A stretch of 62,557 nt of DNA, filler included, from Choristocarpus tenellus KU-1152 (taxonomy: Eukaryota; Protista; Phaeophyceae), in NCBI GenBank assembly GCA_964200185.2. It is 9 parts of 9 records of this genome, joined end to end, with 100 filler letters (N's around TTAATTAATTAA, not from the genome) between each part and the next. Parts side by side here need not be neighbours in the genome. Positions count along the whole stretch, not along the records: positions 20,840 to 27,300 come from CAXNAD020008093.1; positions 27,401 to 36,415 come from CAXNAD020004079.1; positions 36,516 to 42,937 come from CAXNAD020008172.1; 6 more parts are not named here. One strand, written 5' to 3'. The position numbers and the translations under genes were made by a program. Position 1 is the stretch's first letter. Each line of letters opens with the position of its first letter. The notes below the pieces were generated by a model. The model made no database searches. It was given only the letters and a program-made list of their open reading frames with translations, and was not told the origin of the DNA. This document shows positions 24,844 through 37,379 of this stretch, piece after piece.

Positions 24844-25429
24844 TGATGCTTAATAGAGGATAGACCCACTCCCACCCCAACTTGTGGGCATCTGTGTCTG
24901 TACGTTTGGGTATGTTTTAAGGCAAAGAGACTCATTTTCATATACCCCTTAAAATATGTCAGTATCCCCCGCTGAGTCTGCTACCTCCATTATCTTCTCC
25001 ATTGTCAACAGTGAGGTGTTGTCCCCTTGTTCTATGGTGGAGCGTGCTAGGTGGGGGGGAGTGAATCCTACGAAATAGCTTAAGTGGGAAGAGAGGGCCC
25101 AAGAGTTGAGGAGCCAGGCAACTTTGTTTTTCCCCCATCTCACTCAGGTGCGTGGCCAGCATTCGTGACCGTGAGCTCTCGATCACCTCAGCCATTGCAA
25201 ATATATATTATCCTCTCACATTTTGGAGATGTCTCAAGGAAAAAGTCAAACCAATGTCACAAAGGACCCCCATAAAAGTAACAGTTGTCGTAAATGCGAA
25301 AGATATCCCTCTAACATATGTTTTCTGTTTGAATGCCAGCTATTCTACAACACTCCCTTGAAGGCTGGTAATTACAATGTTATGTGTACATTGCTGCTAT
25401 GCCTCCAACCTAGCTTAGCCCTACATTTA

Positions 25430-25690
25430 TGATCGAGGAGCCAGGGGAGAATCCGACAGGCCCCTTCTTGCTCAACTGCCTGGTGTCTCTAGCATGAAAT
25501 GCATGACATATCTCGAGAGAGTCGTGTAGTGATGGACACTAGTTGTCGTAAGCAGGATTTGACAGCCCCTTTACTGCTGAAACCTCCCGCCCCTCTCCCC
25601 CCCACAGCATGTGTAGTCAACTCATCCAGAAAACTTTCCACTTTCTTACTTAGGCGCCCAAACACTTTCCACCCGAGAAGTTGCATTATT
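25430..25690 (-). mobile_element. Second CRE-like LINE 3'-end fragment
   Basis: FGRLSKKVESFLDELTTHAVGGRG...KGAVKSCLRQLVSITT is homologous to the element at 23000-23710, including the shared GACAGGCCCC.TTCTTGC segment. Confidence 0.7.
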
Positions 25691-27300
25691 ATGCCAGATG
25701 ACATTATACAAGAAGTGTCAAACCTAAAATTAAGGGGGGATTTTCTGATTGGTCAGTTGTTTTTCTTGTAGGAGTGAGGTACTTTCCACTCATCCAATCT
25801 CTTCTTATATGTACGTTTCCATCATAATCGAGTATTATATGGAATTTTTCTTGTACGTCAACGTGTAAGAATCTCAAAAATGTTTTCAATTCACAACGCT
25901 ACATATACTATGATATTATTCTTACGCTTTTCCCCCTACGTTCTGTGTAGTAAGAACCTCTACAGAATGTTTAAAACGAATATAATAATATCCATTGTAC
26001 ATACCACAACAACACTACTTCCTTCTCACAATGTAATGTCCAAGAAATACCCCTAATCACATGCTACACAAAGAAGGAAATAAAGGAGAGGGAAGAGGAC
26101 AAGTATAACACCAACAACCCCGCTAAAAGATAAATACATTGGGAATAAAGCAGCACAGCATTATCTCGCTGATAACAGTGAGCCATGGTGGCGGTGGTTG
26201 TTTTGGTGATTGTGCATATCTGAAAAATGTACCACCAAGGCTTCAGTGTCTGGGAATGCCGAGGTGGGTCTAGTACAAGGTTAAAGGGAGGAGGAGGTGG
26301 AGCGATTGAGTGAGGGTGGGATGACTGAACCCAACACACAAGAAGCACTACAAGAATGGAGGCAGAACTAATAGTCGTAGTGCAAGAGTTTGTGTAGTTT
26401 TAGCAGTAGGAGTTAGAAGTGCTGTATGACGTGTATAATGCTCCCAACCAGATCAGGACATCTTTTTAACGCCTTTTGCAAACTTTCTGTGAGCATGCAC
26501 ACACGTGACTTATATAGCAACATGAAGCACGACGGTGAGGCAAGGAGAGCCGTCGAGGCCACTCTGCCCCCTGCATCTACCCTCGGCACCTTCTCTATCG
26601 AGAGGCGACGGAAAAGCAAGTGCCGTGTGACACTCAGTGCAATGTTAGGTGATGAGAAAGTGCGTGTATTGTGGCACAGCAGTATAATCAAATCGGAAAT
26701 GGATAACAGGGCCACGATGCTGATGCTGAGAGAAGATGCATTGAAAGCATTACCGCACAAACGTGGTTGGATCTTCAACCACATCGGAGCACTGTTCTGC
26801 AGTCTCTGCTACCTCGGGGAAGCAGGAAGAGAGTGACGAGTCCATCACCAGGTGGTACAGTGACGAAGTCTGTGGGGAAGCCTGGTCATGGCGGGCGAAG
26901 GGAGAACCGGGGTGGCTGCCCGAAGGGAAGATTGAGGAAGAGAGCAGTGCGACTGCGTGCCCTTGCACTCACGAAACACCTAAGCGAAAACTTGGGTGTA
27001 GAGTATATCTTAATAGTCGACAGTTGCAGCAGGCCCTGGCTGTTTGGAAGCTGTGCGAGCTAGAGTGGCTTTAGGAAACGAGAAAGAAGGTGTTAGGGTT
27101 GGACTACAAGGAATCTGAAGTCCAAAAGAAGGTCGAAAGGGCTCGCAAGGCGGAGGAGAAAGCGATCGTAACAAAGGCAGCTGTGGAGACCTTTCGATAC
27201 CACCAAATCCTTTACTTTGAAGAGGTCGCGAAGCAGGTGGAGGTAGCCATTGACGTGGACGCCAGGGAATAAGAGGAGGTGAGATTGAGACTATTTGCAC

Positions 27301-27400
27301 NNNNNNNNNNNNNNNNNNNNNNNNNNNNNNNNNNNNNNNNNNNNTTAATTAATTAANNNNNNNNNNNNNNNNNNNNNNNNNNNNNNNNNNNNNNNNNNNN
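27301..27400. other. Artificial contig linker
   Basis: N44-TTAATTAATTAA-N44. Confidence 0.98.
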
Positions 27401-27455
27401 GTGGGAGGGTGAGGGTGGGGTTTCTCCGTCCTGTGCCTTTTGAATTCCCCCACCC

Positions 27456-27491
<36 letters not shown>

Positions 27492-27626
27492 CGAGCTAGA
27501 CCATTGTTAATGCAGTAGTAAATATGCTGATCCAGCAACTCCAACAGCATTCCCCCCCCACTCTCATCTTCGCCTGCACCACCCAAATCACTCGCTGTCT
27601 CCTCTGTCTCCTCTGTCTCCTTTCAG

Positions 27627-30147
27627 GTGGTCGCTCCACGTGGAGGGTCGCTTGCAGGAGTCAAAGGAGATTGGGGCACGACTGACAGCTTATTCCTTAC
27701 CTCGGGTCTTGAACGGAACGATGGAGCCGCTTTTGCCTCCTGAAAGGTACCTGGCCCAAGAGGCACTGAGCATGGCAGCGTTTAGCGACTGGGAGGCTGT
27801 CCTTGACCTGGCACCCCCTCCACCTGAGGCTGATTTTGTTGTGGCTGTACATCACTTTGCCCGAAGGTGTGTCTGTGTCTGTGCATACGTGCTTTAGGGA
27901 AAATCATCCAGTCATAGAATGCAACGTAGTTACATGTTCAGAAATGACTCCGTCACTTTTATTGTTGTATATTAGAAGGAGTACAAAAGGAAGTGTCGTC
28001 ATTGTTTGAAGGGATTACTTCTGTGACCTTTTTGGAGGATATAGGAAGGGGGGGAGATATGGGGATCAATGCTTTTTTCAACAAGTACAGCTACCCCCGA
28101 GACCCAAGGGGTGAAGCTCTTTAATGTGATCCCTGGTGCAGATAGCAAGGATGTTTCACACCTCATTGTCATGGTTCCAACATTAACATTGTGGCGTTGA
28201 TGGACACACATTCCACTACAGTTGGTCTTGCTCTTGATGTGATACACTGCCAGTATGACATAATATATGTTGCACATTTTTTGCATGCAGAAAGAGCAAA
28301 TAGCCAAGACCACACTCTCAAGTCTTTTTTCTGCCCCAGCCTCCCCCCTTACTCCCCGCTCCAACCTCAACCGCAGAGGCCCACATCTTACTCACACCTG
28401 CTCTCCATACCTCACCCCACAGCTGATATGCTCTGCACCCTGACAAAAAGACTCAAAACTACTATTTTCCTTCCTTCTGAAGGACCAGTAGAATGTTGCC
28501 CTGGTAGGTAGTATAGCACTTCAAAGTGTGAAGCTGCACCCTGCCTCTCAGCTCTGTGTATCTTTCCTCCCGTAGGCCTCACCCTTCCACCACTTACTGA
28601 TGAAAGTATCGTTCCTTTTTTCACTTGACAACTTCCTTTTCATTGAAGCTTGGCGTTTCTGGGAAAGGAGAACTGGGAGGGTTACCTCTTGGAGCAGAGC
28701 CTAATATCCACAGGGGTTCCTTCTATGGAGAAGAGGGCTGACTACTACGGAATATACCAGGTGTGTTTCTGTATCCTGGGCTTGAGAAGCAAAGGGAAGG
28801 GATGTCGTAGGAGGTATAACCACGCCTGTGGTATGGTATGCCTGACCCTTTGGTTCTTAGTGCCTAAAAACCTGTGCTATTTCACATATCACACCAAATT
28901 CTATAAATAGAAACAGTCAAAGTATCTTAGAGGGTAGAGCCTCGTCCATTTGGGGTCAAAATCCATTGTTCTGATTTTGATGAATTTTGGCTATCGTGTT
29001 TGCTAGGAAGTGTCTATATCCTTGCTACAGATAGACCTATTAATAACGTACACATTTTGACCTACTCCGAAATGTTTCGGAGTAGGAACATGTCATGAAA
29101 AAAACGTGGGAAGTCAAATCCCAAATGGACAAACAGGGCAAAACTCGTACCCTCTAAGATACTTCCACATAAAAATATTCTGTAGATGATGAGATCCCCA
29201 AGCACCTCCCCTATCCTGTACAATTTTGTAATAATTTCCACGTTACACCCGAGCCACTTGAACCGTGTCCAATTTTTTTAATTTGTTCTCACCAAGCATC
29301 CCAGTTTCAGCATTGTCCTGTCACATCTAAGCTCCCGGTCTTTACCTGGCTACCCTATCAACCTTTTGCTGTACATACCTGCCCCTGTTTTTAGGCGCCC
29401 GAGTTGACACACATCTTGGACCTCATCTCTAGAGCAGAGGGTCTCCGTGCTAGTGTCCTCCAGCCTGTATCTCAGCCCCTTGTAGATGTGGTTTCGGACC
29501 TTAGGGAAGAGGAAAACACAAGAGAGGGATGGACAGCAAAGGACAGCATCACAGAGGAGATAAAGCTACTTTGGGAAGCAGTTGCGGTGCAAGAAGCCCT
29601 TGACTATGATGAACCCCCAGATCTTCCCGTTCCCCCAAAACTCTACCTAGGGGCCGCCCTTTTGCGTGCTGGGGAAGCTGCTGAAGCCAAGGAAGTGTTT
29701 GAGTGGTTGGAGGAACAGTACCCACACATGGGTCGTACATCACTTGGCCTTGCGCAGGCATCTCTGGCATTGGGGGACCTAGACAGGACTCGAGATTATC
29801 TCAAAAGTTTCGAATCAAGCTGGAGGTTTGCTGAGGTTTGGCTGGACGACAGTGCCCATGTAGGAGGCCTTCTGTCTTCTCCTTGTGAAATTGAGTGTGG
29901 GAACACTGTTGGAGGTGCAGCTGAGGTGCTAGTCGGCATTACTGACATGGAGCAGGCTGACAGTCATCAGATGGGGAGAACTTTCATGGGTGTTATTATT
30001 GGTGGGTTGGGGTGTTTGCTTACATTTGCAGGACTTGTAGTCATTGGAAGGAGAAGTCTTGTCCCCTTGTGGCTTAGGGGCCGTGGGGGGCAGTATGTTG
30101 ATATTAAGGAGGAGGGTCATGAGAAGGAGGTTGTGGTGGTCATTTGA
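27627..30147 (+). CDS. TPR-domain protein (bacterial/fungal YDEPP-type family) with a C-terminal TM anchor, 3' part; exons 27627..27866, 28649..28760, 29395..30147
   Basis: Phase-consistent splicing. Motifs FSDWEAVLDLAPPP..VAVHHFARSLAF and AVAVQEALDYDEPP..PPKLYLGAALLRAGEAAEA..P..GRTSLGLAQA..F..SW..A. Hydrophobic FMGVIIGGLGCLLTFAGLVVIG followed by RR. Confidence 0.8.
28914..29170. mobile_element. MITE family B copy (intronic, complete, ~257 bp)
   Basis: TIRs CAGTCAAAGTATCTTAGAGGGTA / TACCCTCTAAGATACTTCCACAT, flanks aaa/aaa. Perfect internal hairpin CCTACTCCGAAA-TG-TTTCGGAGTAGG. Confidence 0.85.
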
Positions 30148-33100
30148 ATGTAGCTTTTGGGGGGGGGAGTTTATGGATGCTCAAGCTGAAAGGGACACTG
30201 AACAGGCCTGCTTCTACTCCTCAAATCCCCCCATCACAACCAATGATGGGGTATAAAATAAGTAGATACAGCATAGATGGTGTGTGTGTGTGTGTCGAAG
30301 GATTGATTGCTAGTGCGTGCTGATTTATATCTACAGTTTAAGTAACAATGTGGTTTGTTACTGAGAGGTGAGGATGAAAAGGGATTAAGAGAAGAATTGC
30401 ATTTCCGTTTGCTGCACTATTATTTTGGAGAAGCATTACCTGGCAAATATCAAAGTGCAGCCCTGGGTTTGTATAGGTAACAACATGGCATTATGTACGA
30501 TTCTTGATGTGCGTATGTCTTATGCTGGGATGTTAGGTGGGTATTAGGTGATGCTGAAAGAATATTTGGTGGGACTCCCCTCATTTGTCACCCCTTTGTT
30601 TTCGAGCAATGATACCTTGAATAGTATCTTGCACTTCATTGCTTTCACCTGCAGACTATCTCTCTGTGTTAGAGACTATTGTTGCGATCTTGATGTCAAA
30701 TATTGTGGCACTGATCGATTTTGTGTGTTGTGTGTATTCTTTCACTAAACGTTTTGAAAGTCATTGCAAATGTCCGTCCCTCTGGTTGGTCACGACTATA
30801 GTATACTTTTAAGTTTGTGCCAACAAAAATGAGAGATGGGGGTCAAAGGGTGCTTTCCCTTTTGAGGGGTTTGTACAAGTCTCCGCTGCAACCTTGAAAA
30901 TCACTCCACCTACCTGAATCGTTGAGATGTTTTGAACCTGGCGCCTGCTCCTTCATATTCTATGCTGAAATAGCATGTATTTTCTGTTTGAGTTCTTCTG
31001 TGAAAGATTTCATTCTCTCCATCGAGGTATCATCCATATGTTTGTGATCGGAGGAATGCACAAGGTTTAAAGACCTTTGAACTATGACTAAACTGTGTTT
31101 ATCAAGGGGAGACATAAGTCAAAGAGAGGTATGAGGATCACTATGGCTTTATTTCCAAGTGGAAGAAGCTTGAACATGGTCGATGCAGCGAAATCATATG
31201 CAATACTGTGCATGAAAAAATTGTCCCAAAAATTGTGTGCATCTCTTCAAGGCCAGTGGCAGTGACCAACCACACAAGTTTGCAGAAATATTATTTTCGT
31301 GTATATATATCATCATACTCCATTTATGTATGTCCGTATCCAAGATCGATCATGAAACATGTATACTGCACAAAATATTCTACAATAATAACTAGTAGAG
31401 TGATGAAGTCGTATGGTACACATAGATGTTAATATGTCGTATAAAATAGTGTTCACCTATCAGATTGTATGAACTACCATATGGAAGGCTTTGTCACACT
31501 AGAACTGTCCTTGACAGATTCCTGACATTGAGATGTCCAATGTCCAACACGCCTACTCTTGATGAGGAACCTGTTGTTCACCAAACGCCACCTCTTACTT
31601 TTGGTGACTAATTATAGCAGTTAGTCAGTTTCCCAACTAACTGCAATCTTTTTTGTGGGGGCTATTGTCGCATGTCTTGAAAGCATCATTAAGAGACTCG
31701 AACAGAAACTCCATCTAATCCCAGAAAGTGGTCCCTCCACAGTTTTAAAACCTTTTCTCCCCTTTGCCATACATGAGATTAAACATTCGTGAGTATATTT
31801 CTATACACTGCTCCTGTGATTGGAGTTCAGCCTTCATGTGGTAGCTATGTTTTGGTTATCCTTGTCCGCCAACCATGCATACACCTTTACCTTGGTCCTG
31901 AGGAAGACAAAGAACTGCACTTAGTCGGGGTCCAGCTTGTTTTATTTAGGTTTCTCAATGCCTTTCAATGTCAAGAACATGTAAGGACTCTGAGTATGAC
32001 TATTCAGCAGGAATGGTCAAGAGAGGAAAGGCTAAGGCGATCGACAAGTTATTAGTGACTAACGGATTTTCTGCAATGAGTGATTGCTGGCAAGGGATCC
32101 TCCCTCTCTGGCGATGAGGTTCACTCCTTTCTCCTTCACCTATATCCTCTCCAGCCCAGCAAGGAAAATATAAATAAGCATTAGTATACACAAGTCTTGG
32201 GAATTAACAGCTCCTTTAACAGCAGTCAGACAACACCTCCTTTTATGGGCACTAGGAAAGATCATGGAGGTGACAGAATCAGTTGAGTCGACTGAGGTCT
32301 TTGATGGTGTGTGTAAATGAGTCGCTTCACCTAGAAGCACACCAGCAAGCCCAGGCACATGTTTTGGGGGCATAGGCTTATCCTCCACGAGGCACTGCCA
32401 ACACATGTTTTTGTGGGATCGTTGGTGACAACACTCTCCACCCTTCTGACCAGACATATAGAACCCCATGGAGAGGCCGTTACACAGGTTATTTGTATGA
32501 GCCCCACACCACAGCCGCTTGGATTGGCATCCATGTCATCATCTCACCATGATTCCCCTCAGAGGACCTAACAGGGGTTATTGCAATGGTCTACTAGGCT
32601 GGGTTGCGAGAGATCCTGGATATCCCACTACTACTCATTGTAGTGTTGTTCTTTAAGTCTTGAGATTTTGATACTCCCAATCTGCGACATGTGGTTTGGT
32701 CCGATATTTTGTATGGAGAGTCGATGATATGTAACTATTTGTTCCTCTCGGGTCTTGTGTGGTTGTTTTCTTCCCAAAACTGTTGTAATTCCTCCCCAAC
32801 TGTAGCTGATTACATGCTATGTGATGATCCTACCAGCCTCCACGTCCATAATCTGTCCCTACTACACCCCAATGACTAACACAAGAAGATGCGTTGAAGA
32901 ACCAACAATAGCAGAAGTGTACCTACTACATACACCTTATCCTGCCAACTACGAAAGGCACAACGAAGATGATGTAAGTTCCTACCATTGTGTGCACACA
33001 AACGGAGACGTGCGATAGTGATAATAAGTTGAGCAGTACACAGGAGAGGTTCATGGGAGAAAAACTGCATACCAAGTTTTATGTGTATATTGCATGTACC

Positions 33101-34196
33101 TTGGTGGACTATGGGGGGGATATAATCTACACTTCTGTTACTAGTGCCAACTTGCAGCAGCAGTGCAGAGTGCCTCTTGCTTAACAAATAGTGTGCAGCT
33201 ATGTGCAATGCATTAGTTGCCTACATTCTTTGAGAGGGAGAGTGCTACGTAAACACACTACTCTTTCTTACGGTAACATTATCAACAGGTAGCAATGTAG
33301 TAGAGTCTACAAAATTGTTGAATTAATATCCAAAACAGACCCTTGGTTCGATCGACCAGCCCAAATTCCACAAAGAAAATGAGATACAATTGAGGGAGGA
33401 AAATTATTGACTGTTAGGTACACAGTGCCTTCCAAAGTCACTGTGAATGTATGCATCCAGAACAGACTTTTAGCTGATTCAACTGCACGTTTTTCGCAAT
33501 GATACGAACACATGATTGGGGCTGTGGCATTGGTTGCTGGTGCTTGCTTTGATAACAGTGTCCACCTGCTAATAGTTGCCCACACTATTTGATTGGAGAG
33601 AGTTCTGCTCTTGCCACCATAATACAAAGTGTACTCTGATGGAATACGCTACTGCTTGCTTCATATAACAGTGATCAGCTGGGCACTACTCTATCAGTGT
33701 GCATCTGTGCAAGACTCTAGTTGCCAATACTCTTTGATCCGGGAGGGTGCTTCTGCTCTCACACATTTATTGTAGCTTGCACACACATAGAATGCACTGC
33801 TCCTTGCTTCAAGTGTTACTGTGCAATGCAATTCTAGTATAATTCTAATCGGAAGGGTGCTGTTCACAGTGCACGGTGCAGTGCTCAAGTCAAGTCATTC
33901 ATTAATATGTAGGTGTACTCTCAATATGTGCAGATCCTCACAGGAGCTGTTCGTTGAGTTTTGCCGCAAGCTCATTATCTATGTGACCATACACCCCCAA
34001 TCCCATTTCCTGGGGTACCCCACACAGTACAAAATCCCCTCGAAGCGTTTCACGCACTCCGCGGTTTGATTTGCACCCCAGCGCCTAAGGGGGGGGAGCA
34101 TTGATTACGTTTTTGCACAGTGCATGATCTGTAGTCAGTTGTTGCTCAAGGTGTGTTTCTCGACTTCTGTATGTTGCATCTGCATTCACCTTCGGA

Positions 34197-34586
34197 GACC
34201 CAAAGTATCTTGGAGGGTAGAGCTGCGTCCGTTTGGGGTCAAAATCCAATGTTGCGATTTTGATGTGATTTTGGCTATCATGTTTGTTAGGAAGTGTCAT
34301 ATCCTTGTTCCAAATACACCTTTTCATAAGCCAAACTACCTTGGAGGGTAGGGCCGCGTCCATTTGGGGGCCAAAACCCAATGTTGTGATTTTGATGTAA
34401 TTTTGGCTATCGTATCTGATAGTAAGTGCCAATATCCTTGTTTCGGACACATCTTTTCATAACATATACATTTTGCCTACTCCTGAACATTTTGGAGTAG
34501 GGAAATGTCACAAAAAAAACCATGCGAAGCCAAGCCCCAAATGGACAAACGGGGCAAAACTCGTACCCTCTAAGATATTTTCACTC
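34197..34586. mobile_element. MITE family B: left-half copy (34197..34327) followed by a full copy (34328..34586)
   Basis: Two successive left ends (GACCCAAAGTATCTTGGAGGGTAG and AAGCCAAACTACCTTGGAGGGTAG) and one right end (TACCCTCTAAGATATTTTCACTC). Confidence 0.85.
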
Positions 34587-36415
34587 AAGAAAGACTCCAG
34601 GTCAAGGTGCCCCCCTACAATCCAAAAGGATTACGCTACATTTTGTCAGGCGGGCAAGAGCGCCTGGGACTTGCCCTTGCATGAACCGCAGGAAGGAACA
34701 AACTAGAAATTTTAGTCTTTTGGTTTCTCACTTATTTCTGACTTACACACCAATAGTCAGCATCATGACAGAGGTTAATGAGAACAGTTCGTGTAATGAT
34801 TTCTACCCCTATATTAAAAGCTGTAAGGCAGTCTTTTTAACCATATGTTTTTTTTTCCATATTCTGAAACTAAATTTCCTGTGGATATTCCTCCACCTTA
34901 TCTGGCTGCGGTAGCCAAAATGCAGAGTTGTTTGTGACCATGAAGCATTCCCGCCCATTTCCGTTCACGTTGGGTGCGCAAGATTTATCCATGATTGCGG
35001 TATAGGTCGCCTCATGGAGTCACCCGTGTGCACGACCGGGCCAAGGGAGGCTGCAGTCAAGGAGCCCAACATCACACTTTCTCTTGCTGAAGTGGCTAAG
35101 ATGAAGAAGGTTTTGTCCATGTTATTCCTCGGTTTATCTTTGCTTTTGTCTGATCCTTGACTTGTGAAGATGTCTTTCACAGAGAAAGAAATCTTCAATA
35201 GCTGTACATAACCTCCTCTTTCTAGCCCTACAGTTTAAGTGACATCTGGAAGGACCTTTGGTCAGACCTTGTAGGTACAGATAACAAGGAACCCAAGGCA
35301 AAGACAGGAGAAGCTCACACATTATGAATGAATTATGAATCTCTTGCAGGATAGGAGTCGTACCATTCTGCCCCTCTTTTGGTCAAGCTTCCAGCGCCGT
35401 TGTAGTTCTGAGAATCTCTCCAAAATCTTCTTCTTAAGTTAATTTGTCCATCCCTGAGAGGGAAGAATTGTCGCCTAATAGTTTCAACAGGCATTCCTCC
35501 CAGCCTAAAGCAAGACAACATGGACAGTCCTCTCCCATTTCCTAGTTGAGGTATCGTGTCGTCCCAATATCCAACCTTTGACCCAAAAGTAAGGGCAGCA
35601 CATTCCTGGTTGTTGCATACGAAATTTCCTTGTTTGTTCCTCATAAATAGACTCCCAAACCAACCTCTAAGTGCGATCTACGTTATACCAACAGTGTCTA
35701 TCATCTCCTCATGTATCAATGATACCGTAATTCTATCATATATGAAGTACTCCGGAGTATTAGTCAAAGATCCACACTTCCTACTCACAGATACACCATA
35801 ATCCAGGCTATTGAGCAATTCCTCAACCTCCACCCTCTGTATATCCGTCCCCCACCCATCTATTGCCTTCACACTATCAAGTAGATGTCGCATGATGTTG
35901 GTAAACTACAAGCAACTGCAGCAAAGAAAGAAGGGAGAGAGAGAACAACAGGGGATGGTGTGGATGAATGGCTTGAAGAAAGTTGCCAGGAGTTTCAAGA
36001 GAGTGTTGCAAAAAAGAGAGACCGTCTCAATAGAGTTCAAGACATGGAACATTATGAGGGTAGCAAAACTCCATCATCCACGGAAAGAAAGCACTTGTTA
36101 GGGGCAAAGCTGTCAAGGGAACGGTTCCGGAAAGTAGCAATGCTTTCTAGCAAAGGTCTAGCAGGGTCTATAACATTCTTTTTCAAGCCATCCCTCGGTC
36201 AAGCTTCCCTTGCAAGCTTCCTTGCAAGGTGTGGGATCAAGTGGGAGAGGTGAGAAGGGATCGGGTGGGTGCAGAAGGTCGGGAGGCTACATCTATGGTG
36301 TGCTCTCTATCAGTCATGCAATTCGGACAAAAGTTACCTCACCTCTCACCACCCCCTGAAATAGCAAGCTAGGTGCTGGCAAGGGAGTCAAGCTCAAAGT
36401 ATCTGGGGGGGGTGG

Positions 36416-36515
36416 NNNNNNNNNNNNNNNNNNNNNNNNNNNNNNNNNNNNNNNNNNNNTTAATTAATTAANNNNNNNNNNNNNNNNNNNNNNNNNNNNN
36501 NNNNNNNNNNNNNNN
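36416..36515. other. Artificial contig linker
   Basis: N44-TTAATTAATTAA-N44. The preceding contig ends inside a family A terminus (AGCTCAAAGTATCTGGGGGGG). Confidence 0.98.
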
Positions 36516-36727
36516 CATGACCCAGGAAGAAGGGCACTTTTCGCGAGAATTTTTTGCGCGCGCGCCAAACTCGCGTGAATATATCTGGGATTTTGCGCCA
36601 AATCGCCCGAATACGAGAATTCCGGTACAAAATCCTATTTTTTTAAGCATGTTGAAAAAAAGCGGTACAAAATTGAATATTTTTTATTTGGCTCATAATA
36701 TTTGGCCCAAAATAGGGTAACCCACTG
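36516..36727. mobile_element. Possible DNA-transposon terminal region
   Basis: CpG-rich stretch with repeated TCGCG/GCGCCAAA/CGGTACAAAA motifs, ending ...AATAGGGTAACCCACTG (CAGTGGG-type terminus). The other end is not seen. Confidence 0.3.
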
Positions 36728-36819
36728 TTTTGTACTTGTTCTACTACCCTGTGTAATGCTGCAGAACTAGCTCCATGGGTTTTGTCTTTGCCTTACGCTC
36801 TGGACCTTGTACATGTACT

Positions 36820-36980
36820 TTCTCCATGATGGTTGTTGCCTCCTTCAACTTGTAGAGAGGGTGCTGTGACCGAGTCCAAGCTTTTGAGCAACCGCAGTTC
36901 CCATCATGGTCTTCAGGAGTGTCAATGCTTCCACCTTCACTGCAAAGCTCAAGAGCTTACGATTATCGGCACCGCGAGGT
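36820..36980 (-). mobile_element. pogo/Tigger-like transposase N-terminal CENP-B-type HTH remnant
   Basis: NRKLLSFAVKVEALTLLKTMMGTAVAQKLGLGHSTL, then after a frameshift YKLKEATTIMEK. This fits RK.L...K.E......A...G...ST...K. Confidence 0.5.
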
Positions 36981-37379
36981 CAGTAGGATGCGGCGTTCTC
37001 CATAGATATATTTGGCAGCATCTTCCCCTTGCCCTTGTTCTTCTTATCATGTCTCTTCAACGCTATGTTTTCACCAGCTGGAGGACTTGAAGCCTTGCAC
37101 TTGGTGGGACTCACGCACAATTTGCAGACGCATTTCATTTCGCTGGCCCCAAACGATCCACGACACTGCAAATGCCATGAAGACGGTCGCTACAAACACT
37201 TTACGGTATGTATAGTGTGGCGGGCCAGGAGTATTGCCCTTTATGTTGCAGCTGGATTCCACCGTGCAGGGCAGCGTTACATCTGTACAATGCAGTCATC
37301 TAGAGACTTGATGTGATATACTGCATGTACTTTACTGTGCAGCACTGAGAGAGAAAAGATTGCTATGCTGTGTCCTGCT

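Larger units (their letters stand above)
22975..24900 (-). mobile_element. Degenerate non-LTR retrotransposon (CRE-like), post-RT region plus Cys/His and restriction-like endonuclease domain, interrupted by MITEs
   Basis: GVGLSSIKHRQHAAFAGSL; C..HAHTCP; NFRTDVVF...LLLDITF...AAAAEAQKRTHY...ESFGCLGKQAENFLDELATHA...IVSVTTQVALSRRV. Contains frameshifts and stops. Confidence 0.75.
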
